Assembly: GCA_049999805.1 (NCBI GenBank)
Contig: JBNGIO010006165.1
Span: 148,199-174,469, forward strand
DNA: 26,271 nt
Origin: Folioceros fuciformis
Taxonomy: Eukaryota
Reading direction: 5' to 3'
Numbering within the stretch: position 1 is the stretch's first letter; every line of letters begins with the position of its first letter. A program made the position numbers and the translations under genes. The notes beneath the pieces were generated by a model. The model searched no databases, was not told the origin of the DNA, and worked only from the letters and a program-made list of their open reading frames with translations. Below, piece by piece: positions 10,392-24,924 of the stretch.

Positions 10392-11048
10392 CCGCATGTA
10401 TACGGAGAAAAGGCCAAGGGGGTGGGCCAAACCTAAGAGAAATCTATGACAGTGACGAAAGTTGTTGGTGCCATTTGAAATGGCTAGATGAAAGGCCAAA
10501 CTCTCCAAATGAGCCAGACAATTCATCCACGGGCACACTCGAAGATGCCAAGATCTATGATGTCCAAAAGCTTGCATAATCCTAAACCCGAGTTTAGGAA
10601 CCAAGAACTTATTGTTAAGGAGACTTTACTTATGGCTTGAAATAAGTGAATATGCTTTAGGATGGGGAAAGAAAGAACGGGGGAGCAAAAGTAGAAAAAG
10701 GGAGTGTACGGACAAAGGGAAAACGAATCCTACAAGTACCCCAGCCCAGGCCAATTTGCAATCCCTCGGTCTTGTCGTCCGGGCCTGCGACAAAACCCCA
10801 CAGCCCACAACCCCCCCACATAAGAAGTAAACAACGTGGGTCTATCTCTTCAGATGGGTCTATCTGAAGCGATAGACCCATCGCTGCTGCTAGCCATCTT
10901 CCGGTGTAGCTTCCTGGACCTCTGCCCGACACTTGGAACTTGTTGGATGAAAACGTCTCTCTTCTTGTTGCTTATATGAGCTGTGCAGGCGCTCTCTTGC
11001 GACGGGAGCGGGGAAGTTTGGGAAGACGGCAGCTCTAGTAAGGCAACG

Positions 11049-12086
11049 ATGGCCGGGGCCTTGATCAGAGGCGCTTCTGTCGCGCTACGCGAGCCGGTGC
11101 ACCTGCAGCGGACGCGCCATGCCAGCGAGAGCACAAACAGTAGCTCCTTCAGCGTGAGAGCGTCGGGCGCGTCCGGCAAGAGGTTGCGTAGGCCGGAAAA
11201 TGTGGAAGGTGAATTCTTCGTGGACAACAGTTGCATCGACTGTGATACGTGCCGGTGGATGGCGCCGGCCACCTTCTCCGCCAGGGCAGGCCAGTCGGCG
11301 GTGCACCAGCAGCCGGCCACGGAGCAGGAGCGGTTCAAGGCGCTGCAGGCGCTGCTGTCGTGTCCAACGGGCTCCATCCGCACCGAGACGCCGCCTCCCG
11401 ACATCCTCCAAGCGCAGCTCACCTTCCCCATACCTGTGGCGGCGGATGGCCAGACCTTACCAGGCGTCTACCACTGCGGCTACCACTCTCCCAAGTCTTT
11501 TGCCGCCACCTCGTACTTCGTGGTCCGGGACGGGGGAAACATTCTGGTGGACTCCCCGCGCTTCACCGAGAAGCTGGCCGCACGGCTAGAGAGCTTGGGG
11601 GGAGTGCGCTACCTCTTCCTCTCACACGTGGACGACATTGCCGACCACCAGCGCTGGCAGGAGCGATTCCAGTGCCAAAGAATTATGCACGAGACGGAGA
11701 TCCATCGTGACGCTGGGTTGGCTGGCGTGGAGATCCCGCTCCGAGGCGTCGGGCCCTGGCCCCTGGGCCCGGACGCTGAGGTTGTGTTCAATCCCGGGCA
11801 TTCCTCTGGGTCCGTCTCGCTGTTCTTGAAGGACCAGATGGCTCTGTTTACAGGGGACCACCTCGGTTCAGGGGAGGATGGTGAGTTCCATGTGAATCGG
11901 GAGTTCAATTGGTACTCTGTGAAGGTTCAAATCGAAAGCCTCCAGAACGCCACATTGCCCCTGGATTTTGTGTGGTTGCTTCCAGGCCATGGGAGGAGGT
12001 ATAAATTCGACAGCCTTGAACATAAGAATCGAGTGCTTGAGGACATGATCGCACGTGAGGAGGCCTTACTCGCTAACAAGTCGTGA
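11049..12086 (+). CDS. Ferredoxin (4Fe-4S-like) + metallo-beta-lactamase-fold hydrolase, probably plastid-targeted
   Basis: Intronless ORF from ATG 11049 (MAGALIRG...). S/R-rich leader ending ...SVRAS, then RRPENVEGEFFVDNSCIDCDTCRWMAP...CPTGSI (Fe-S motif), LVDSP, LSHVDDIADH, PGHSSGS, FTGDH, LPGHG (MBL fold). Confidence 0.9.
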   Translation: MAGALIRGASVALREPVHLQRTRHASESTNSSSFSVRASGASGKRLRRPENVEGEFFVDNSCIDCDTCRWMAPATFSARAGQSAVHQQPATEQERFKALQALLSCPTGSIRTETPPPDILQAQLTFPIPVAADGQTLPGVYHCGYHSPKSFAATSYFVVRDGGNILVDSPRFTEKLAARLESLGGVRYLFLSHVDDIADHQRWQERFQCQRIMHETEIHRDAGLAGVEIPLRGVGPWPLGPDAEVVFNPGHSSGSVSLFLKDQMALFTGDHLGSGEDGEFHVNREFNWYSVKVQIESLQNATLPLDFVWLLPGHGRRYKFDSLEHKNRVLEDMIAREEALLANKS

Positions 12087-12695
12087 CACTCATTTCACCA
12101 ACAACCTCCCAGGCTGCATTCCACCTCGAACCGCAAGGAGGTCACGAGCTGAATCTCATGATCTGAACACAGCGATTTCTGGTTACGTGACTCTTCTTCA
12201 AGTATAGATGCTTTCTATCCTACACAATACATATTATGTCAAATCTCCCCTGATTTCTCTGATGTTATGGGAATCCGTTCTACCACATGTTGGTGCCCTT
12301 CCTGGGCTGTCCAAGGAAACAAGGCGACATGAGGAACCAGCACCCTTATATGTACACATTTGTACGGTATACAACGAGTCGTTCGAGAGTAAAATGTTGG
12401 TTGCCTGCTTCTCTTCTAGATCTGTTGTTGAGAATCGCAGAGCACAGTCGAGTGTGTCTGTTTCAGTGGTTCAGAACGCGCTGCCGGATCTCTGCTCGGG
12501 CATAAATCGGGTCAAGTAAGAGGCAAAAGCACGTTCCGGTTTTCTCATCGCCTGGAATTGATGTACAAGGATGGCCGGGCCCGTTGGGCACAGACAAATG
12601 AACCCGCTCCACTCTTAACTTCCTCATGTCATTTGCACCTCCATCGTATGATGAAGGGAAGATGAAGTGGGGAGGAGTGGAGGGGGGGTCGGGAG

Positions 12696-15361
12696 TCATA
12701 GCTGCTTGGATTCCTCCATGTCCAGTAAGGCTTTGTCTGCCTTCTCAACTGCTGCTGCGAGATCGCTCTCGGAAGGGAGCAGTCCGAGGAAAGGTAGTGG
12801 AAAGAGCGAGGACACATTGCAGATGACGAGGAGCAGAAGGAGATGATCGAAATTCGTGCTGGTGACGCCCAGCACCTCCGTCAGCAAGGCGCCCATTAAT
12901 CCGCCCGTGACGCCGGCCCCATTGCTGATGGACATGAGCGTTGCGAACAGAGTGGCTTCCACACCTGGGGGACAAAGCCTGGCTGCCAGAACTAGGATAG
13001 GCATGAAGGATACCTGGAAGGCCGGTAGAAACGACAGGTTATTTCTAGAACGATGTAAACGGACCTAGTGCACCCAAAACATGGTACTCCATGTAGGGTG
13101 GGGCTAACTCACCTGTCCCAAAACGGTGAGGATCAACGAGTCGCCCATGGCAAACCACTGGTCACTGATGCCCAAAGCGCGATTAACCCCTGTCACTAGT
13201 AGGAGCTGAATGGACGGGACGACGAGGGAAGAAAGAATCAGCTTTCACAGGCACAGTCGGCGTACTAGCTGACTTGAAATCAGGTCTGCAAGGGCTATAC
13301 CTGAGTGAGACCCAGAACCGCTCCCACAATTGTTGTCCAGAAGAACATCTTCTGAAGAGATACGTGCTTCAGCCAACCGTTATAGACGCCCACTCCTACC
13401 AGTGACGCAACTGATGTAACCAACCTTACGCGTCCAAGGAATTCAGGCCCAAAACCCAGCTTGTTGGTACTGTGCAATCAGACAAAGAAGCCACGAATCA
13501 AAAGCTGCTGCTGAGATATCGAGCAAGCGTAGAAATTCAAGCGACACAAGCCTCTCGGGGTCATGATGCCCACGTGAAATAGAACATGGCGGTATCTGAA
13601 GTAGGTGTGGCTTGCCACAAAAAGATGAATAAAGTTGGCAAAAAAATATTCGGCTCCTTTGCAGTTCGCCATAAGTGGCCCATCTGCACCCTCGCTAGAT
13701 CCACAACTCCTGAAGCCCATTTGGATCCAGCATTACCCATTGTTCCCGACGCATATACAGATTGTTCTTGAACTAGTCCTGCAACGGCAGAGGTGATGAG
13801 GGGCAACAGAGCCGTTACCCCAAACACAAACCTGCAAGTACATACGTTTGGTTCAGTTAGAATAGGCAAAAGGTTCTGTTGTGTGTACTTCTAACCTCTC
13901 GAGTACACACATCCCAAGTCTCACCTCACGCCGTATGATTCTACGAGGTAGCCACTGAAATAAGCGCTAACTATTCCTCCCGTTGCTGAAGACCCCCAGC
14001 AGAGAGACTGCAGCGAGCCAGCAGTCCCTTGAGACTCGCCACGAGCTCGCTCGACAACCATGGAATCGACAACCTTCACCAACATGCATATGGTGAGCGC
14101 AAAGAAACAGAGTTCCAAAAAATTGAAGGCCAGCATGAACTTTACAACTGCTACAGATCCTGCGCCAACTACTTAGCACTAACAATGGTAGGCTTTGAAG
14201 AAAAGCAATGAAGGAGATCATGCACTTACAACATCAGAGAAAGCCACAGACAAGGAGCTGAGGAATATTGCAACTAGAGCTGTGTACTTGCTGTCCACCA
14301 AAAATGCAAGGGCACCCCATGCTACAGCTCCTAGGAAGCCACAAAGCACAAGATAAGACCTTCTTCGGTACCCGAAAAGAGGAAGTCCATCACTGTGACA
14401 AGCATCATCCAGACGACGACATTCAGTAAATCATGTCACCATAACTTGCTCATGGGTGGGGCACAATCAGGTGTAGGGGCCCACTCTCCTTACCTAATAA
14501 AACCGTAGATGGGCTTCACGAGCCACGGGAACGCAGAAACACCCGACAGCAGGGCAGTCTGCGGCAAGCAACATGGAGCATAAGCTTACATAACTTCCAA
14601 ATCCGAGTGCACAACGACAGTCGAGTGAACGGAGCAGGCACCTCTGCAGGGCTCAAATGGAGATCGTCCTTGAGGAAAAAGCTGACAGCAAGCCGAGAAA
14701 GCCCCAAAATCCCTTGCACAAAATACACCATGGAGATGGCAACAATGTCAGGGGACAATTCCACGCCGAAAAGGGTGAGCTTCCTCTTGGGTGGCTTTCT
14801 CTCCGGCCCTAGCAAGTCGACAGCTTCACTTCCATCCAAGTCTTCCGCTCGGAAGCTCGGACTCTCTACATCGCCCTCGTTGTGGAGAGCCTGCTGGCCT
14901 CGCAACGTCTGCGAATCTGGATAGGGAGGGAGAAATTGCGGACGAATGTGTTACCACTCAACGAGCTAGGCGTGAGCTTACGACAACACTTCAGGCATAC
15001 AAGCACTACCTTTATTTGCAGCGTAGGATGGGCTGCTCTGCCTCATCAGGCGGCCGTCAGCGGCAAAATCCCAGGAAGAATCCTCCCGCCGACTCATTGC
15101 TCGTGGGAACCTAGCTGCAGCTGCCTTCTCTTTCCTGATGCTGATAGCGCAGGAGCGGTGGCAGCGGGACACCGTTGCTGCAAACCATTTGCTCCCAGCA
15201 CGTACCGTTCTAAACCCAAGCCCTGAGGTAGAGAGATGCCTTAAGCCGGGATTGCACGACCCACACAGTTCCGCTCCACCAGCCCCGCGTCCGGTTCGGC
15301 CACCGGTCGGTCGCCCTTCCTTGTAGATAACCTTTGTACACAGCGTTCTACTTGATAACAT
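12696..15361 (-). CDS. Folate-biopterin transporter (BT1 family, MFS), chloroplastic FBT1-like
   Basis: Exons 15361-15010, 14916-14642, 14558-14494, 14392-14230, 14073-13925, 13831-13574, 13469-13301, 13205-13113, 13013-12696. Motifs [80 protein letters not shown]. Alternative in-frame ATG at 15472. Confidence 0.93.
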
Positions 15362-15964
15362 GGCCAGCAACAATATACGGCTGCTACTCCAAACACCAAG
15401 GGGATTGTCTTCCGAGGCACGTTCGCAACGTTCAGCATTGACGATGCCAGTTTTCGATATGGGTGCGCACATTCAGTGTGATCACATTTTCCGTCTCCTT
15501 CACCACACACTGCTGTCGAGCGCTGCGCACCTCGACGTTTCACAAGTGTGGCAATACATACCCGACACACAAGCAAGAACCTGTCCAGTCAATCCAAGAT
15601 TCACAAACATCGGACATACTCATATGTGCGCTGCAAAAAGCTCCACCTAAAGCTTAACAATTACGCTTTACAATCCACACGAAGGGATGATCCTACTTCA
15701 CTTGCCTTTCCCTCATGCAGAACAAATACATGGTCCACAACAGCACGTCTAGCTGGTATCTCCACCACTTGTTTCTGAATACCTATGGCCTACGGGCTTT
15801 GAGAACTTCTAGTTGCGGTGTCCAACCTACACGCCTACCTCGGTAGGCACGTGGGTGCCGGTAGGCCTGGACTCCCGACAAATGGCAGGAAGGGCAGTGG
15901 TGGACAGGTGCTGCAAATCCGAAAACTCCACTGCCCCAGGGAAAAATGGATTGGCAATGTATGT

Positions 15965-18590
<2,626 letters not shown>

Positions 18591-19155
18591 GCCGAGCACA
18601 CCCATCAGGACAACGTCAGCACAATCTCAAACAACCGGTCCGTCACCAGATGGTCAGACCCGCACAGGACGAGCCGGAAAGAATCGGAGACTGCCAACAC
18701 CGCGCTCCCGTAAGCGTATGAAGAGAAGATGAACAAAGCTAAGGGCGGGTGCCTCAAATACCATATCAGATCACTGCATATATAGAAAATGTGTTCTCAG
18801 TCTAGGTAAATCGGTCCGGGTGACTTGGGAAACAAGATGCCACGAAAGCAGGAACAGAACACGTCACAGCGTCAAGGCGGACCAATGAAATACCGAGTTG
18901 GCGTGCCAAGGTGGCATCCACCAATAGGCAGGCTCGGCCACGGAGTGCCACGCTGGCGTGGCCCTGTCCGAGCCAATACCGTCGCCCGAGAGTGCTGGCC
19001 GTCGCGCATGCTGTTTACCGGCGTCAGCCGGTAGCCACGAAACCTGCTGCTTCCCATTTCCAGCTCTAAATGCAACAACAGAAAGCGGGGTGGATCGTGG
19101 CGGGGGCCAAGATTGGGAGCGTATTGCGCTGGATCTGTTCGCGGGCACTACAACC
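18591..19155. promoter_or_regulatory. Shared divergent promoter/5'UTR region of BiP and GRP94 with UPR-type cis-elements
   Basis: TATATA at 18779-18784. CCAAT at 18882, 18921, 18973. GCCACG at 18839, 18937, 18947, 19034 and its inverse CGTGGC at 18957. TGACGTGT on the minus strand at 18859-18866, and GCGTCA at 18869 and 19021. Confidence 0.7.
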
Positions 19156-22100
19156 ATGAGGCGATCGGGGGCAGCCTGGCTGCTCTGCCTGCTTGTTGCC
19201 TTCGCGGTGTTGAATCATGACTGTAAGTCCCGTGTTCAGGCCTCTCCGGGCGGTCCTCAGCTTTGAGGCATTGTGTGGGCTTGTTAGAGTGGTTGACGCT
19301 CCTTCGGGCTTCTGGGGGGGCTTTGCATGCAGGCTTGTTGATTAATCTTTCAGGGTTGTGCACGGGGTATGATTGTTTTGCTGGTTGTGAGCGTCGGGAG
19401 CACGGACGGACCAGTCTTGGATCTTGCGTGTGGCATTTCCGTCGTGCATGCATGCGGGGTTGGGAAGAGGGGTATGGGGCAGGGGGTGGGGAGCGCATAT
19501 GTCGGCCCTCGGTGATGTGTTCTGGCGGGCATTGTGGAGGATCTCTCATGGCGGTGCATTACAGGCTTGGATTGAGCTGGCATCGTCGAGCGGCAGGCGT
19601 GCATAGACCAGTTGCTGTTTGGTGTGGTGGTTGTGAGTGGCTTGACTTTGTGTGATGGGTGGCACTCTATGCTTCGTGGCTGGGTTGTGGCGTAGTGCGG
19701 ATCACGTGGTTGCGAGATTTGGGTTTATGTTCTCTCCGGACAGTGAGTTGAGTCCGGTTTTGGGCACTCCGCAGGTTGGCATTCGCAGGTGAAAGCAGAG
19801 GAGAGTGTTGATGCCGATTTGCGAGACGCACCCAAGATCGAGGAGAACTTCGGCGCCGTCCCACCCGGGCTGTCCACCGATTCCGAAGTCGTGAAAAGGT
19901 GTGATTTAGGCGCCTGGCTTTTTAATGTGGATGCCTTGTGGGGGCAAGGGGAGGGGTGCCCTTTGTTTTCCCTTCTCGGTGTGAACGCTTTCTGACGATA
20001 TGTTGGCGGACTTTTCATCCAGGGAAGCAGAGTCGATCAGAACATTGAGGACTCATGGAGAGAAGTTTGAGTTTCAGGCTGAAGTGTCCAGGCTTATGGA
20101 AATCATTATCCACTCGCTATACAGTAACAAGGATATCTTTCTGCGAGAACTCATTTCGAACGCCTCCGACGTGAGTTCTCCAGGGGTGCACGTGTTGCAG
20201 TGATCTGTTTGTGGCTTTGGAATCGGCCGAAGCGAGCTTGAACCTTGCTGGTTTCAATTTGGCAGGCGCTGGACAAGATCAGATTCCTTTCACTCACTGA
20301 CAAGTCCGCTCTCGGGGAGGGTGAGGACAGCAAGTTGGAGATTGAGGTACACTGTTCCTCTCCCTTAGCTCATGTTGTCAGCGTGGATTACTCAGGAGGA
20401 GTAATCCTGAGATGCACTGTGAGGTTCTGACATCTGTCCTGGGAACAGATCAAGGTGGACAAGGATCGTAAACTCTTGTCCATCCGGGACAGGGGGGTTG
20501 GCATGACGAAGGAGGACTTGGTCAAGAACCTTGGCACAATTGCCAGGTCGGGCACATCAGGTACTTATGGATGTTCTGACGCAAGGTGCCGCTAATTGTC
20601 TAAATTTTGTCCTTTGTTTCTTAGCACTGAGGAACTTCCTCGTATTAATTTTGACCTTTTTTTGTCAATTTGTTTGCAGCATTCCTTGAGCAGATGCAAA
20701 AAGGCGGTGATTTGAACCTGATCGGGCAGTTTGGAGTTGGATTTTATTCTGTATACCTTGTTGCTGATTATGTCGAAGTGATCAGCAAGCACAATGATGA
20801 CAAGCAGTGAGTAATAGCTGTCAGAGTCACTGGTGTAGCAGAGGAAAAGTTCTTCATGGCGAAGCTGAGTTTGGTGGAGTTGTTTGAGGACTATCTTACT
20901 TGCTAGTGCAAGTCACTGATTACAGTGTGCCCCTATGCCCGTGGCAGGCACATCTGGGAATCTAAAGCTGATGGAGCGTTTGTGGTCCTGGAGGACACTG
21001 AAAATGAGCCGCTCGGTCGGGGAACCGAGATCAGAATACACCTGAAGGATGATTCCAGCGAGTACGCTCAAGAGGACAAACTTCGAGTATGTTCTACGCT
21101 TACTCTTGTTTTGCTGTTGTTGCATTTGGACTTGGGGTGTAGGCAGCCATTTTCTCCCTCTGTAGAATGTGTTTCTTATATGCCATTGATTGCAGGAGCT
21201 GGTCAAGAAATACTCAGAGTTCATTAACTTCCCCATCCGCCTCTGGGCAAGCAAAGACATTGACGTGGAGGTGCCGGCAGATGAGGAGTCTGAAGAAGTG
21301 TCAGAGGACGAAGAGCTGAAAGAGAGTAAGCTTTGATTTCTGAGGATGACTTTCTTGCCACTAGGAGCACAGTAGCAGCCAACTGCGGCAGTCTCAAGCA
21401 ATCATGCACGGAGTGTCGGACATCGTTCTGACCTGGATTCTGTGCTAATCTCGTTGCTGCAGCTGAGGAGACGGTTGAAGACGTGGAAGAAGATGGAGCC
21501 AGCGATAAGAGTGAGCGATCCTTTTTTTTCCTGCTGTCTTTGACTTGCTAGCCCGACCACGTGTTACCTTAACTTGTTTGAAACGGGTTTATTCAGAGCC
21601 CAAAACAAAGACTGTCAAGGAAACAAAGTGGGATTGGGAGGTTCTGAACGATGTGAAAGCTGTATGGCTGCGTAACCCGAAGGAAGTGTCTGAGGAGGAG
21701 TACTCCAAGTTCTATCATACTTTGGCCAAGGTAGTCCACTTCGCCGAACGGTTTAGTTCTACCCTTGGTGATGTATTGTTTCCAGCTTGCTAAACGTTCC
21801 TTAATTCTCTTCCAGTGTCGCTTTGCGGTACTTGTTTTCCTGGCTGAGGACTTCGTTTGTCGAGTATTAGATGCAAAAGTTGATCAGTGGCATTTGGTGC
21901 TCAGGACTTCGGTGAGGACAAGCCTCTCGCATGGTCACATTTCAACGCTGAAGGTGACGTAGAATTCAAGGCAATCCTGTACATTCCCCCCAAAGCGCCC
22001 TATGATCTTTTTGAGAACTACTACAACACAAAGGCAACAATCAAGCTCTTCGTCCGGAGAGTTTTCATCACAGATGAATTTGATGAGCTGCTCCCCAAAT

Positions 22101-23971
22101 ACTTGAGTTTCCTCAAGGTACATGAAGTGACGGGGGCCTCGTTGATGTCTGTCGGTAAACGCTTTTGTGCTTCGGAAAGCTGGCCTAGAAGCTGACTGGG
22201 ACGCTTGCTTTGTTGTTTGCAGGGAATAGTCGACTCGGACACTTTGCCCCTGAATGTCTCACGGGAAATGTTGCAAGAACACAGCGCTCTCAAGACCATC
22301 AAAAAGAAGCTTGTCCGTAAAGCCTTGGACATGATCCGCCGAATCTATGAGGAGGATCCTGATGAAGTCCACGACGGCAAAACATCTGGTATGTCTTGGT
22401 GTGGATTCAATGGAACCAACATTGAACCAAGCCCTAGATGTCCATGAAGATCAGAAGCGAAAGTGTGGATTGTGGAAGGTCGGGATTCTTGTCCATCAGC
22501 TTTGAATTGCTGTGCTCTGAGTCTTCTCTGAATTGGTCAGATGAGGAAACGGCCGTGGAGAACTCTGAGAAGAAAGGGAAATACGTGAAGTTTTGGAATG
22601 AGTTTGGGAAAGCTATCAAGCTTGGAGTGATTGAAGATGCAGCCAATCGTGCTAGGTTGTCTAAACTACTGAGATTTCACAGGTACATTGATCGTCAATC
22701 AGCTTGTCTTAATGTCTGCATGTTGGGAAGCAATGCATGCGAATGTTGCCTACCATTTTCCATGTGTCCATTTGCAGTTCCAAATCAGGTGATAAACTGA
22801 CATCACTCGATGAGTACATTTCCCGAATGAAGGAGGGACAAAAGCAGATATATTACATCACTGGTCAAAGTAAAGAAGAATTGGAGAACTCTCCGTTCTT
22901 GGAGAAGCTGCTCGCTAAGGGTTATGAGGTAAGAGTTTGTCCTGGTGGCAGAGACGTGGACGTGTGTGTGCATGTGGGTGGCAAAGTCTATCCCCGCTCT
23001 TGAAGTCTAGTCCTGCGTGTTGACAAAGGCTGCGGTTGGTGCCACAGGTGATCTACTTCGTGGACCCCATCGACGAGTACTTGATGCAGAACTTGTCTGA
23101 GTACGAAGAGAAAAAGTTCCAGAACGTTTCCAAGGATGACCTGAAGATCGCCAGCAAGGCGGAAAAGGCAAGGAACAAGAAGTTGAAGGAATCGTTCAAG
23201 GATCTGACGAAGTGGTGGAAAGAGGCCGTTCCCGGAAGCAGACTAGAGTCGGTGAAGGTGAGCAGTCGCCTTTCCGGCACTCCCGCCGTCGTGGTCACCT
23301 CCAAATTTGGATGGAGCGCAAACATGGAGCGCATCATGCAAGCCCAGACTCTCTCTGATCCCAGCAAGCAAGGCTACATGCGGGGGAAGAGGATACTGGA
23401 AATTAACCCTAGGCACCCTATTATCAAGGACCTGAGGGAGAGGGTGGCCAGCAACCCTGAGGTAAGCGTCGGCTAGCCTGTTCGGTCTTCGTCTGTGCGG
23501 GCATGAAAGTGATTGGAACAGCAGTTGCTGTAGCCTACTCACAATGCGATTGATGGATTTGCTCCAGGACGAGAGTGCGAAAGCCGTGGCAACCTTGATC
23601 TATGAGACGGCTCTGCTCCAGAGCGGCTTCATCCCAGACGACTCGAAGGACTTCGCAACTCGCATCTACTCTGTGATCAAGGCTAACTTGAACTTGAGCC
23701 CGGACGCGGACGTGGAGCCTGAGGAGGAGGTTACCGAGGAAGAGGAGATCTCGGCAGAAGCGAAGGATACCGACAAGGAGGTACACGTAACATACTAGAA
23801 ACGTACATGGTTGACCAGTGCCGAATTTCCTGCATACTCACTGGTAACATTCTCTCCATTCTGGGACAGGGAGGAGATCACGACCAGGAGGCGCATCCTG
23901 ACGAGGAATTTGAGAGCTTTAATGCTCAGAATTTTGAAGATTCGAGCTTCGACTTGAAAGACGAGTTGTAA
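19156..23971 (+). CDS. GRP94: Endoplasmin / GRP94 (ER HSP90, SHEPHERD/HSP90.7 homolog)
   Basis: 17 exons: 19156-19222, 19775-19898, 20023-20170, 20266-20346, 20449-20560, 20680-20806, 20948-21086, 21196-21325, 21463-21510, 21597-21730, 21905-22117, 22223-22388, 22541-22682, 22778-22928, 23048-23461, 23568-23780, 23870-23971. Signal peptide [60 protein letters not shown]-terminus KDEL. Confidence 0.98.
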
Positions 23972-24521
23972 CCGCCGCGGCCAGAACAGGCCATGTAATT
24001 TTGCAAGGAGTAGAGACACATTAGATACGAATCTAGTGTAGAAATACGATTGTGGACAAGAAGTGGACAATTGTCGTCGGCGGGTGAAGAGCAGCCCAGC
24101 CTTCCCCACCAGGGTGTAGTTGTTTAATGGAAACTACAGGGGTTGTGCAAGTCTGGGTGCCCGCAAGATAGCCGTTAGAGTGGTAGTGGTCAGGAGGTGG
24201 CACCCAAAATTCCAGACCAGGGGAGGACAAACCTGTGGCACGGTGTTGCAAGTTGCCTGCACTTTTCATGCCCCTCGCTAAACGACCGTGTGGAAATCAA
24301 AGCTGGAATCACATTTCCCACTCAGAAGGCATGCAGCATGTGCCTTTTGCTGTTCGTCGCTAGCACTTGGAGAGGAGCATTCCTGACATGCATATCTCGG
24401 CAGTCGAGTCATAAACTCCCTGCCAGTGAGAGTAGCCCGAAAAATCGCCCACGTCCCACGGTGATACTATACGATTTTCGTCCCAGGTTAGCGCGATTTG
24501 CACGCTGTACTGTACAAAGCC

Positions 24522-24592
24522 AAGTCGGAGTGGAAGGGGGAGTGGGAGAGGAAGTCGGAGTGGGAGTCGGAGCCGGAGTCGGAGTGGAAGTC
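24522..24592. repeat. Degenerate purine-rich 6/12-bp simple repeat (GTCGGA/GTGGGA)
   Basis: Repeated GTCGGAGTGG(A/G)A units. Confidence 0.7.
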
Positions 24593-24892
24593 AGACTTGT
24601 CCCCAATATCTGCCCCAGCCCAGTCAGCTTGGTGCGTCGTCCATCATGCTGCCTGTGCTGCCAAAACGCGCCTCTATTCTGGCAGATATTTGGAGGCAGC
24701 TGTCACAGCGTCCCTAAATTGGCGTCAAAGGGCAGGCAAGGCAGAGCCCGTTCCCATAGGTGCCCACCCGCCGTGCCTCCTGCACCAATGGCGACTTCTG
24801 TATGCAGGCCAGGCCCCCCAGGGTTTTACTGCTCTACACATCTGGCAACGACTCACACGCGTTGTGTACCATGTATCTGCATCTGTGGCCCT

Positions 24893-24924
24893 CCTACCCT
24901 ACCCTACCCTACGCTACCATACCC
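24893..24924. repeat. (CCCTA)n pentanucleotide microsatellite
   Basis: CCTACCCTACCCTACCCTACGCTACCATACCC. Confidence 0.8.

Noticed and set aside
10983-11048. GTG-start extension of the MBL ORF
   Set aside because: This is a eukaryotic gene and the first ATG is at 11049.
19223-19774. Intronic snoRNA in GRP94 intron 1
   Set aside because: No convincing box C (RTGATGA) / box D (CTGA) pair was seen.
24893-24924. Interstitial telomere repeat
   Set aside because: The unit is CCCTA, not CCCTAAA, and there are only a few copies.
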